DNA from: Rhizophagus irregularis
Taxonomy: Eukaryota
NCBI RefSeq assembly: GCF_026210795.1
Contig: NC_089430.1
Location: 4,836,001-4,900,000 of the forward strand
Direction: 5' to 3'
DNA length: 64,000 bases
Under the pieces are notes generated by a model, which saw only the letters and a program-made list of their open reading frames with translations, did not search any database and was not told where the DNA came from. The position numbers and the translations under genes are program-made. Positions 52,901-64,000 of the stretch are shown here, in pieces (within the stretch, counting starts at the first letter, position 1; every line of letters begins with the position of its first letter).

Positions 52901-55201
52901 ATGACTGATCACATAGAAGATTCACCCATTAAAATGAAAAATAGAGGAGGTCGGCCACCTAATAGCATTTGGGAAGATATTAATAAAGGAGAAGCTGTTG
53001 GTTCTGGCAAATTTGCCGCCTCCTGCAAGTACTGTAAGAATACATGGTCACGCGGTGAAGTTTCAAAGCTCGAAGAGCATCTTTCAAACCATTGTCCAGA
53101 TGCGCCAGCAGCAGTTGTTAGAAGGTATATGACTAAAGTAATAGAACGGCAAGATAAGTCCAAGTCATCCAAAAAAGAAAAATACTCTGAAGGTCAAAGT
53201 AACATGGATGATTACCATGATTCAACAGAGCTTAACGAACAAAGATGTACACGAATTAATCGTGCATTAGTTAAATTTTTTATTGCGTGCGGAATTGCGT
53301 TTAGAGTAGTGGAACATCCCTTTTTCATCAATTTTATAAAAGAGCTTAATGCCGGGTACAATACACCAACAAGGGAAGTATTAGTAAATCAACTACTTGA
53401 ACGTGAATTAGCTCAAGTGAACTTCAAAGTTAATTCTGAGCTTGAAAAGGAAACGAATTTAACGTTAGGTTTGTTAAATTAAATAGGCTATCATACGTCA
53501 TTTTTATTTAATCTTACTTACTATATAATATTAATTTATAATTTAGCCTTTGATGGTTGGACGTCTGGTACACATCGTTCAATTTGGAACTTCATTGTAA
53601 TGACTCCGTCGCGTAAAGAATATCTTTATCAACTTTCTGATTTGTCTGAAAATTCGCACACTGCAGAATATCTAGTTACAGTAATTGAAAAGGTTATAGA
53701 AGGTATTGGAGAAGATCGAATATGTGCTGTAGTTTCCGATAATGCGGCCAATGTTCGTAATGCACGAAAAATTATACATGAGAATCATCCAAAGATTGAG
53801 AATGTGCGATGCGTTGCACATTCTATCAATTTAATTGCATGCGACATCGTCAAGGAGAAGTTTGGGGAACGTTTATTAAAACGTGTTAATATTTTGACAA
53901 CCTTTTTTAGAAGTTCTCATCAGGCTAATGCAAAACTTGCTCAAATAATTAAAGAAAAAGGAATTAGTGGAGGAGGATTAAAATTATATTGCAAGACACG
54001 CTGGACTACTGCTAGTGAATCCGTAAATTCAGTAATAAATTTGGAATCAGCACTAGAAGAAATGGCCAGCGATCACGATAAAGTGCTAACAAATGATAAA
54101 ATAAAACCGATTATTCAATCGAGAAATTTTTTTTCAAATTTACGAGTTCTTGGGTTTGTTCTGGATCCTCTAAGAAAAGCGGTACTTTCATTAGAATCGA
54201 GAAGAGCTACACTTGCAGATTGTTTCCTGAGCTTGGCAAGACTTGCAGCTACATTAAAAAAGTTACCCAAATCATTAAATCCTGCATTCCGAAGTCATTG
54301 TATCAAAGTAATAAATGAAAGATTTGATGAATTCGATGATGATAAGTATATTACTTGTTTTTTTATGGATCCCAGATTTAGAAACGCGCCACTTAAAAAA
54401 TGCGCCCTCATGAGAATTATCAAATGTGCAGCTTCAATCGGGAAAAATTTAGGTTTCGACCGTTACGAAGCTGAAACTTTATGTGATCAAATACAGAAAT
54501 ATATTAATGAGCAAGAGCCATTTGACCTAGATATCGGTTTTGCTAAAGATAATCCTGTGAATTGGTGGAAATATATTAATACCGAACCAGAACCAGATGT
54601 CCTGCCAAGAATTGCAAGTTATCTATTTGCAATATGTCCTAACTCAGCAACTTGCGAACGTGGATTTTCGACTTTAGGATGGCTATTTCATAAACGTCGC
54701 TTAAATCTTAATGTGGATAAACTAGAATCCATGTGCAAATTAATTTTGTATTGGAAATCCAATTCAAAAACTGAACTTGGATTTTATGGAATTGATCAAA
54801 AAAAGAATACTCGTCTTAGTGATGATGAGATCAATATACGTATTGCAGAAGCTTTTGCAGAAGATGACGATGAGGAATATAATGAGGAGCAAGCTTCTAC
54901 TCAGAGATTAACTACAAGCGGCGAAACAATACCCGAAGACAATTGCCGTGTAGTAATCGAAAGTCTATGGATTGATCAATTTGTTAATTTATCGCATGAT
55001 TCAATTACTAGTGAAATCGGCGATATTCCAAGAGATATATTGGATGATTCAGATGAAAATAATGCGGAAGATGATGAAGTTGATGATAGTGGTAATAACA
55101 AGAGACCCGGAGAAGGTGACTATGATTATGATATAGATGATGTATTAGGTATGGATGACGGTGATAATAATGACGATAATTATGATGATAATGAGGAATA
55201 A
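52901..55201 (+). CDS. hAT transposase, intact, 740 aa, 2 exons (52901-53468, 53547-55201)
   Basis: BED zinc finger (W...CKYC...LEEHLSNHC); catalytic motifs LAFDGWT (formed across the intron), VSDNAAN, CVAH, TRW, ATCERGFS; acidic tail. Confidence 0.92.
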
Positions 55202-55377
55202 TAATAATGAGAAATAATTACAATAGTTAATCCAATGAGAATTAATTCTAATATCATGTGATTTAAATAATGATACTATTTAGGAAATAAATGATGTAAT
55301 TATGCAGGGCAAAATATTCACGATCAAAGTCCAGTTAACATATAATTATGCAGGCAATGCAGGCAATTGTAATTTTA

Positions 55378-55532
55378 TATTATATTTTAAAACATTGCAA
55401 TTTAATTAAGGAATAAGGATAAGCATATTATATTTTAAAAATAGTGCAATTTAATTAAGGAATAAGGATAAGCATATTATATTTTAAAAATAGTGCAATT
55501 TAATTAAGGAATAAGGATAAGCATATTATATT
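55378..55532. repeat. Three tandem copies of a ~49-bp AT-rich unit between the transposase and the cargo gene
   Basis: atattatattttaaaaatagtgcaatttaattaaggaataaggataagc repeated three times. Confidence 0.8.
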
Positions 55533-55870
55533 AGAATCAATAAGTTTTAAGGACTTCGTTAATTAAATTTATTACATTAGATCAATAAATTTTAAGAACT
55601 GCGTTACAAAAAAAAATTTAGAACTGCGTTAATTAAATTTATTACATTAGAATCAAAACTGTGTTTATTTTGTTACAAATACTTTAATTATGTAGAATGT
55701 TATTATGTTCATCAGTTCATGTTTTAAACATTATAACGAATTTTAAAATTATTATAAATATTATGAAATTTGAATTTTTTTTTCGCAATTCAAAACCAAA
55801 TTGTATTTTAATTTTCAAATTGTATTTAATTTTCAAATTTCAAGTTACGAAAAAATCATAAAAATAAAAA

Positions 55871-56545
55871 ATGGCAGCATTAGTACCTTTTGTCCCACCG
55901 CCACCACCAGTATTCCAATGGACGATTAACGCAGCTAGGCAATTAATCGCGAAGCGGAGAAACTTACATCAGCAATTTGAAAGAATTGCAAACCGTCATC
56001 ATGTAAATGCATGGACAATAATAGCAAATAGGGTGTTCGTTGCAACGGGATTTGCAGCGACACCCAGGCAATGCCAAACAAAATGGAATGCCCTCAAACG
56101 AGGTTATGAAAACCTCAGTAGGATAATAAATAATAATGATGACGACATTCCTATTATAAGCCCAAATAGTTTCGATAGAGCGTGTTTTGCTGATATGAAC
56201 GATGAATTCTGGTTACAAACCGGTAATTATTATTAATTATTATTTTAAATTAATTTTATTTAGGCAATTCATTCAATTCATTAATATTTTTATTGGATTT
56301 TAGATCTGTTTAGACGAGAGTATCGACGGCAGCATGCTGCGCATGATCGACATCGATATGAATATAGATTGCGAAGGGAAAGAAGAAGGTCGCGATCTAG
56401 GTCTCGATCAAGAAGTAGATCAAAAAGTAGAGATAGAAGACGAGATAGAAGTAGAGATAGAAGACGAGATAGAAGTAGAGATAGAAGACGGGACAGAAGT
56501 AGAGATAGAAGAAGAGGTAGAAGCAGGTCCCCACATAGAAGATAA
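55871..56545 (+). CDS. Myb/SANT (trihelix)-like domain fused to an RS/RD-repeat tail, 197 aa, 2 exons (55871-56222, 56304-56545)
   Basis: WT...LIAKR...WTIIANRV...TPRQCQTKWNALKRGY. An 81-nt GT-AG intron leads in frame into RRSRSRSRSRSRSKSRDRRRDRSRDRRRDRSRDRRRDRSRDRRRGRSRSPHRR*. Confidence 0.8.
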
Positions 56546-57819
56546 AGATATTATTAAATTTTAATTTTTATTATATTTTTAATCGTGTATTTTATTAGTT
56601 TAATATTAAATATTATAAAATAAATATTTACATACAAAAAATCATATTGTCTTTAATCTTTATTCTTATAAATTGTTTAAATGCCGAAACTCTAATTAAA
56701 TCATATAGAAAGTATTGCCGAAACGCCGAAACAGTTTTGGCAAGTTACGGCAGTTTCACGATTTTGATAGGTTTCGCAGTTTCGGCATTTCTTGATGATT
56801 TCGTGAAACTAGTTTCGGCAGTTTCGCGTACGCCATTCTGCCGAAACCCTCTAGTTTCGGCAAGCAACCTTAGTCAGGTTAATTGATAAATCTGACCTGA
56901 AATTTTTTTTCAGGTCAGGTCAGGTCAGGTTATATCAGGTTGTCTGTTTGACCTGACCTGACCTGAAACCTGAAAAATTTCAGGACTATTTTTATTAAAG
57001 TATTGAAAAAAAATGGTACAAAACTTTTTTTTTTAATATAATATTATGAAAAAAAACGTTTTTGCAACGTTTTTTATTAAAATATTGAAAAAAAATATTG
57101 CAAAACGTTTTTTTTAATATAACATTATGAAAAAATGTTTTCGCAACATTATTATTGAAATATCAAAAAAAAACGTTACGAAACATTTTTTAATATAATA
57201 TTATAAAAAAACGTTTTCGCAACATTTTTTCTCGAAATATTGCGATTCAACATTTTTATATTAAAATCATATAAAAAGTGAATCCCAATACTGCAATTCA
57301 CTTTTTTTATATAGAATTAATATAAAAAAAGTGAGTTGCGGTATTGCAATTCACTTTTTTTATATAGAATTAATATAAAAAGTGAATCGCAATATCGCAA
57401 CTCACTTTTATTATATAAAATCAATATAAAAAAGTAAATCGCAATACTGCAACTCACTTTTTTTATATAGAATCAATATAAAAAAGTAAATCGCAATACT
57501 GCAACTCACTTTTATTATATAAAATCAATATAAAAAAGTGAATCGCAATACTGCAACTCACTTTTATTATATAGTAGAATCAATAGTTTCAGGTCAACAG
57601 GTCAATCAGGTCAGGTCAATCTTCATACCTAGTGTTTGGATCCAGATAGAAACCGTCATCCGGATAAAATAAAAAAATTATCCGGTTTTTATCCAGGTTA
57701 TCCGTTTCGGATAAAAATCCGGATATATCTGGATAAAAACCGAAATCCGGATAAATTTATATTAAAATTTTTTTTGTAGATCGGTTTTAACAGATAATTT
57801 TGTGGAACCTAATAAATAA

Positions 57820-58205
57820 ATTTCGTGGTACTTATTTGTGGCTTTTAATTAAATTCGTGGCAATTATTTAATTAATCATAAAAACAATAGCATTTATTAG
57901 TTAAAATCGTGGCATTTATTTAATTAAAATCATGGCATTATTTGATTAAATTGATGGCTTTAATTTGTGGCTTTATTTAAATTAAATTCGTGGCATTTAT
58001 ATGATTAAGTTCATAGCATTTATTTGTTTAAATTCGTGGCATTTATTTGATTAATTATGGCTTTAAATTTGTGCAAGGCTTTATTTAAATTAAATTCATA
58101 GCATTTATGTGATTAAATTCGTGGCATTTATATGATTAAATTCATGGCATTTATATGATTAAATTCGTGGCATTTATGTGATTAAATTTGTGGCATTTAT
58201 TTGAT
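57820..58205. repeat. Degenerate ~22-bp tandem repeat upstream of the hAT-B transposase
   Basis: attaaattcgtggcatttatatg-like unit repeated about 15 times. Confidence 0.75.
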
Positions 58206-59728
58206 TGAAATTTATGCACATTTGTGCCAATTAAAATTTGCAAAATTTTATTAATTAAATTTTGATTTATGAATTATTTATTTTTTATCAAAATTAATCT
58301 AGCTCTAAGCCTTAATTGAAATAAATAAATAGTGCATTTATTTTCCATCTTTCTGGATTTTTTTTTATAATTTCATTTATTGAATAAATAAAATAATTCA
58401 TAAAATTATGGAAAATCAAAATTATATTGTCTTAAGCGAAAATGAAGGTTCTAGTGATGAAATTGCAGAAATTACTCCAATACCATCAAGAAGAGGACGC
58501 CCTGCAAAATCATCTAAAACATTTGGAAAACAAAAAATGGCAAGTACTAGTGAAAAATCAGATCAAGAATCATTAACTGCATTTGAATCAACAAGTCAAA
58601 TATCAAATGATTCAAATCCCTTTAAGCAAACTACTTCAAAAATCAAGCCACAAACAAAAGTAAGTTGGGTATGGGATTATTTTGTTAAAAAGCAAAATGA
58701 AAGTGGAGAAGTACGTGCATATTGTCAGTTTATATTAGAAAATGGGGAAAAATGTTCAAAACACTATAAATATGATGGATCTACAGGAAATCTTAGTTAC
58801 CATGCTATTAAACATGGAATTACACCACCTACAGAAAGTATTACATCTGAAAATAAATCAATGCCAACTCAATCTACTATGTCCAATATTAATGGACAAA
58901 AAGAAAAAGAATTATCTACATTACGATGGATTCTTTTAACAACCCAACCACTTTCTACTGTAACTAATAAGGCCTATATTGAGCATATGCATATTATTGA
59001 TCCAATATTCACAGTTCCTGGAGCAAAAAAAATAAGAATGATGATTGCTCGTAGTTATGGGTATAATAGAGATAAATTAAAGCTACTTTTAAAAACTGCT
59101 CAATCAATATCTTTAACTACTGATTTATGGTCTTCTCGTTCAAAACATGGATATTTGGGTTTAACAGCAACTTGGATCAATAAAGATTTTGAAATAATGG
59201 ATGTTTTGCTTGAAATTTCTTATTTTCCAACCCCACATACTGCACAAGCAATTACTGAAGTAATCAAAAAAGCTATTCAAAAATGGGAAATTGAAAGCCA
59301 GGTTATATCAATAATAGCAGATAATGGAGCTAATATAGTAGCTGCCATTCGAGATTTAGAACCAATTAAAAGACTCTCTTGTGCTGCCCATACCTTACAA
59401 TTGGCAATTAATAAAGGTTTAAAGGTTGTAGAAGATTTGGTATCACGTGTAAAACAATTAATCAATTTTTTTTCCACTCAAAAACAAATTGAAAGACTGA
59501 TTAACGTTCAAAAAGACATTGGTTATAAAGAAACATACCATTTAATACAAGATATATCTACTAGGTAAATTTTTTACATTTAATTAATTACTATTCAATT
59601 AAATTTTAATATTTTATTATTATAATTTTAATTAAAATTTGATGTAATTTTATTTGATTATTTAAGGTGGAACTCTTCTTATTTAGCATGGGATAGGCTT
59701 ATTTTTCTTCAATATGCAGTACTTCAAC

Positions 59729-62424
59729 TAGGGTATGGAAGAGTTCAGGTCCAGGACTTTAGGACTGAGTCTTTGAACTCAGTCTTGGTAAGACCTAGTC
59801 CTAATTTTGGGACTTAATTTGGACGGTCCCAAATCGGTTTTTATAATAAACAATATAAATAAATTTAGAGATTAATTTCGCAGATCTTTACTGCAATTTA
59901 ATAAGTCATGTGAAATATGTAAATCATGACACGTCTCTTACCGTCAAAATTTTCGCGTTTTGCATTTTACTTTACTTCACTCTTCCCATTGTTTTTTCCT
60001 TCCCATTAAATTTTTCAGTAAAAATGTCTTATTCGAATTATGATTTTGAAGATTTTAACAATTTTGATGAATTTGAACCTTTTGAACAAGATGCACCTCC
60101 TATAGAAGATGAAGAAAATGATGATAATGATGACAGTGAAGAAGAAACCTCACCTCAATCTCGCCGAACTTCACCAACATGGAAGTATTTTAACGAACAA
60201 ACAACTCAACATCCAGGATATCCAGTTTGTTGCAAATGTCAATGTGTTTTTGGAAAAAAAACTGGAATTTCAACTTTAAAACGACACTTAGAATCTATAC
60301 ATAAAATAAAGATAGGAAATGTCAAAAATACAGGAAAGAATCAAAGTATTTTGAATTTTAGGCAAACTGATCCTTGGCCTGAAAAAGAAAAAAATGAACG
60401 AGATATTGCAGTAGTAGAGTGGGTAATTGGAGATGCACAACCCTTCCGTTCTGTTGAAAATTTGCGATTTAAAATTATGATCAATAAATTTGATTCTCGA
60501 TATCAAATTCCAGATGAAAAAACAGTAAAAACTTTGGTAGTTGATTATTTTAAAGAAAAACGTAAAAATATACAAGAAGATCTAAATGCAATTCCGGGCA
60601 AATTATCTTTAACAGCCGATATGTGGACTTCAACATGTAATAATGATGCATTTCTTGGCCTGACAATTCATTATGTTGACAATAATTGGAACCTAAAAAA
60701 CTTTTTATTAGATATTATTTCTTTTACTACCCGTCATACTGGAAATAATATAGCAAATGCAATAAAATCAGTTTTAACAGAATTTAATCTACTTGAAAAA
60801 ACTTTGGCTTTAACTACTGATAATGAATCGGCGATGGTAGTTTGTGGAAGAATAATTGCAGAAGAACTTACAAAAGAACTTAATGATCAGTCTTTTCGAC
60901 ATTATAGGTGCTCTGCACATATTTTAAATTTGGCCGCGCAGCAAGGAATTAAAATTATTGATGATGAGGTTGTTAAAATTCGTGAGTTAATGAAAAAAAT
61001 TAAACACTCAACTCTAAGGTGTGATAGATTACGAGAATTGTGTTCAATAGAAAATTTAACATATTACAAACCACAATTAGATGTTGAGACCAGGTGGAAT
61101 AGCACCTATTACATGATTGTAAAATTCCAAAAAATGTTGCGACCTATTGAAATGTTAGCTGCAACAGATCAAGACATTAAAAAATTCGTACCGGACGCGC
61201 AAGGATGGATAAAAATAAATGTAAGTGTTAGCTATTCTTCATTAATAACGATATTAACATTAATTAATAACATAACTAATCCAAAAAATAAACTACATTA
61301 TGACTAATTTACAATATAAATAGGATACACTTACGTTACTGGAACCATTAGAAAAAGCAACAGTATTGCTTTCAGCTTCCTCCTATCCCACCATTTCTGA
61401 TGTAAGGTTTTTGTTTCTTGGAATCCAACAACATCTAAACGATTATATTGGAAAAGAAGAATTTAGTCAAAGTGAAGTAGCATCATCAATACTTCAAAAA
61501 ATTGATCAGTATTGGGAAGTAGTGGATTCATCTACCTTAGCGTCTACGGTACTAGATCCACGCACAAAACTTACTTTGTTTTCTGCTGGAGAAGAATCAA
61601 CAAATGCAATTAATGCAGTAAAAAGGCGTTTTTCTGAATATCATACACCAATGTCTCAACCAGCTGTAATTAATCATGATAATGGTGAAATAGCAAGCAC
61701 TCGTGATTACTTTCATCAATTAAAGAGGAGGCGATTAAATAATAGTACCGCATTAAATATTACAAGACCATCAACTGGAATTTATGAGGAGATTGACCGG
61801 TATCTTGCTTTGCCATGTGATGATAATGTTGCGCCATTGCTATGGTGGCAGGTTCATTTTCGAGAGTTTCCAGCATTAGGTGCAATGGCACGAGACTATT
61901 TATCCATTCAGGCTACTAGTGTTGCGTGTGAGCAAGCATTTTCTGTGGCGAGTAATACTATAACTCGCACAAGAAATAGATTGCAACCAGATACGTCTCG
62001 TGCATTATTGTGTTCAAAAAGTTGGCTTGAAAAAGGAATAGGAAAGAAAAGAAATTAAGAGTAATGGGTAACGTTTAATTGTTTATAGTAATATAATCAC
62101 TGTATATACTTTTATTAATCAAGTTCAGAAAAATTTTTTTCAACTTACAAAATAAAAAATGTGGCTTTGGTGGGAATTATTACAACGCCATTACTTAAAT
62201 GGTTAGCATTTTGATTATCGACGAATTAATAAATTTTTTTTGTAGCTCGTAATAAATAAATTATTTAAGTATTTTTTGTTTAAAATTAACCAATCAATTC
62301 AATCGGGACTAAGTCCTAACTTAAGTCCTAGTTTCGGTCCTTAAACTGGGTCCGGTCTGTCCATGTGCCAGGACCTGTAAGTCTTGGGACTTTAACCGGA
62401 CTGTAACGGACTTTCCATTCCCTA
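59729..62424 (+). mobile_element. hAT-C: compact, apparently autonomous hAT (2696 bp)
   Basis: TSD acttcaac (59721-59728, 62425-62432); TIR tagggtatggaa / ttccattcccta (11/12); ggact/agtcc subterminal repeats. Confidence 0.93.
60024..62058 (+). CDS. hAT transposase, intact, ~643 aa, 2 exons (60024-61220, 61324-62058)
   Basis: BED finger (TWKYF...CCKC...LKRHLESIH), LTADMWT, TTDNES, CSAH, TRWNSTY, ATSVACEQAFS; phase-0 GT-AG intron 61221-61323. Confidence 0.92.
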
Positions 62425-64000
62425 ACTTCAACTAAATATAAATTTGTCATGTTCTCTCAAACCTGAAGAAAAAGCTGATGGTAATAGATTAAAAAAACTT
62501 GTGTTAAAGGATAATGAATGGGAATTATTGGATGAATTATGTAATATATTAGCACCATTTGAAAAAGCTACACGAGATTTTTCTGGAAGTACCTATATAA
62601 CATTAAGTCAAATGTTCCCCATCATTACAAATCTTACAAATTCCTTAAAACCAGTTGATAATTTACATGAGGAATATGAAGAACCTGATGATAATACCAT
62701 TATATCTGATACAGAAGAGAATTTAACTAACCAGTCAACTGGAATAGATTATAATAATATTTCAGAAGTTATAAAAAATGTAAAAAAATATATATATATA
62801 GGCTTTAAAACACTACTGGTCAATGCCAGATGAGTTTGGCATTATGGCAGCACTTTTAGACCCACGATATAAAGATCTTAATTTTATATCTGATGAAAAT
62901 ATAAAAGTAAAAATTCATTCAAGTTTACAGATACAATATGATCAGTTGAAAAGAGAAATGCAACAACAAATTAGTACTCCACCATCACCCACAATTACAC
63001 CAATTTCAACAATTTCAGCTGATACTAGTAGAAGTTCAACTCCCAGTACAAAATCTTTACATGAGTATAGAGAGATGCGTGAAAAATCAATAAGAAAAGT
63101 ATTTCAAACAACAGAAAAATCTACTGCATCATCAACAATAGCTGATGAAATTACTACTTATTTTCTCTTGCCAGTTGTTAGAGAAAATAAAAATCCATTA
63201 AATTGGTGGAAGACTAAAAAAGAAAATTTTCCAATTCTTTCTATTATAGCACAAAAATACTTAGGAATTCCTGCTACTTCTGTAGCTTCTGAGCGACTTT
63301 TTTCTGATGCAGGGAATTACATTACGGCAAAAAGAAGTTTATTGGATCCTAATTTAGTAGGAAAAATGGTATTTTTAAAACGCAACATGCAAACTATGGA
63401 TCATATTAATGTATTTCCACCAGATTTAGAAGTGGAAAATAATGATTTTGTGGAGGATGAGGATGTATTAGAATAATTGATATTAAATTTATTTTTGTTA
63501 GTGTCTTATTTTTATTATGTAAATGTTTTTAAATAAAGTGAATTTTACTTTTATTAAATAAAATGATAAATCTTTTAGTAAGTTATATTTTTTTACTCTT
63601 TTATTGAATAATTCTATTCTAACAGTATAAGATTTATTGTATTATATAAAATAAATTCTAAATCATGATAAAATAATTTTATTAGACAAATAAATCTTTT
63701 TTTATTAATAAATCAATGATACAAATAGAATATTTTACAAATGAAATGAAAATTAAAAGGATAAAATTAAAATCAAAAAAAAATTTTTTTTTATCCGGAT
63801 TCTGGGTCAACCTGGATAATTTTTAACCGGTTTCTTATCCGGGTAAAAACCGCAATTATCTGGATATCCGAAAAAAAAATTATCCGGATATATCTGGTTG
63901 AATCCGGTTACGGATCCAAACACTATTCATACCTGACCTGAATTTTTTTTAAAAATCTCATACCTGACCTGAATTTCAGGTCAGGTCAGGTCAGGTTACC

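Larger units (their letters stand above)
52393..56872 (+). mobile_element. hAT-A: apparently autonomous hAT transposon (4480 bp) with a second gene
   Basis: Perfect 19-bp TIR taaggttgcttgccgaaac / gtttcggcaagcaacctta; TSD gtcaggtt (52385-52392, 56873-56880); gccgaaac subterminal repeats. Confidence 0.95.
58408..63476 (+). pseudogene. hAT-B transposase, disrupted by the hAT-C insertion and a frameshift in a (TA)n run at ~62789-62800
   Basis: Exon 58408-59564 (BED finger, LTTDLWS, ADNGAN, CAAH); intron 59565-59666; TRWNSSY...VLQ|L resumes in frame at 62433; C-terminal ATSVASERLFS in 62823-63476. Confidence 0.9.
57630..63925 (+). mobile_element. hAT-B transposon, interrupted by hAT-C
   Basis: 14-bp TIR tagtgtttggatcc / ggatccaaacacta; TSD ttcatacc (57622-57629, 63926-63933); ccggata subterminal repeats. 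Confidence 0.95.
52360..64000. mobile_element. Second copy of the 48331-type hAT MITE, split by hAT-A and hAT-B; its right end lies just beyond the window
   Basis: Segments 52360-52392, 56881-57629 and 63934-64000 are colinear with 48331-49077 once the insertions and one TSD copy of each are removed. Confidence 0.9.

Noticed and set aside
56334..56564. Acidic IEDEIEVE-repeat protein
   Set aside because: Alternative frame of the RS/RD exon; the splice phase from 56222 selects the Arg/Ser frame.
59910..60023. Hydrophobic N-terminal extension (signal peptide-like) on the hAT-C transposase
   Set aside because: Comes from a GTG start; the first ATG is at 60024.

Overview
AT-rich eukaryotic DNA with short (about 65-105 nt) GT-AG introns. 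The gene families (F-box/LRR, HRDLH-type kinases, kinase-Sel1, TLDc) look like those expanded in arbuscular mycorrhizal fungi (Rhizophagus-like); that assignment is inference. The first ~38 kb holds an F-box/LRR gene, a 1.7-kb poly(A)-tailed retro-insertion with a 16-bp TSD that encodes only an ORF1-like protein, a disrupted kinase-Sel1 gene, a LINE relic and three paralogous kinase loci. Two of those kinases carry tandem arrays of kinase N-lobe modules (11 and 4 copies) on phase-0 exons in front of one C-lobe. From 40 kb onward the window is almost all DNA transposons with TIRs and TSDs I could read directly: five non-autonomous hAT elements, one CACTA element and three transposase-bearing hATs nested inside one of those MITEs. 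The three most unusual items are: (1) the N-lobe-array kinases; (2) a CACTA element filled with ~14 micro-exon/intron units in which the 5' splice site and branch point each sit in their own hairpin; (3) an apparently intact hAT carrying a second gene that fuses a Myb/SANT-like domain to an SR-protein-like RS/RD tail. I recognised no rRNA, tRNA or CRISPR. All gene models were derived by eye, without database searches or expression data.
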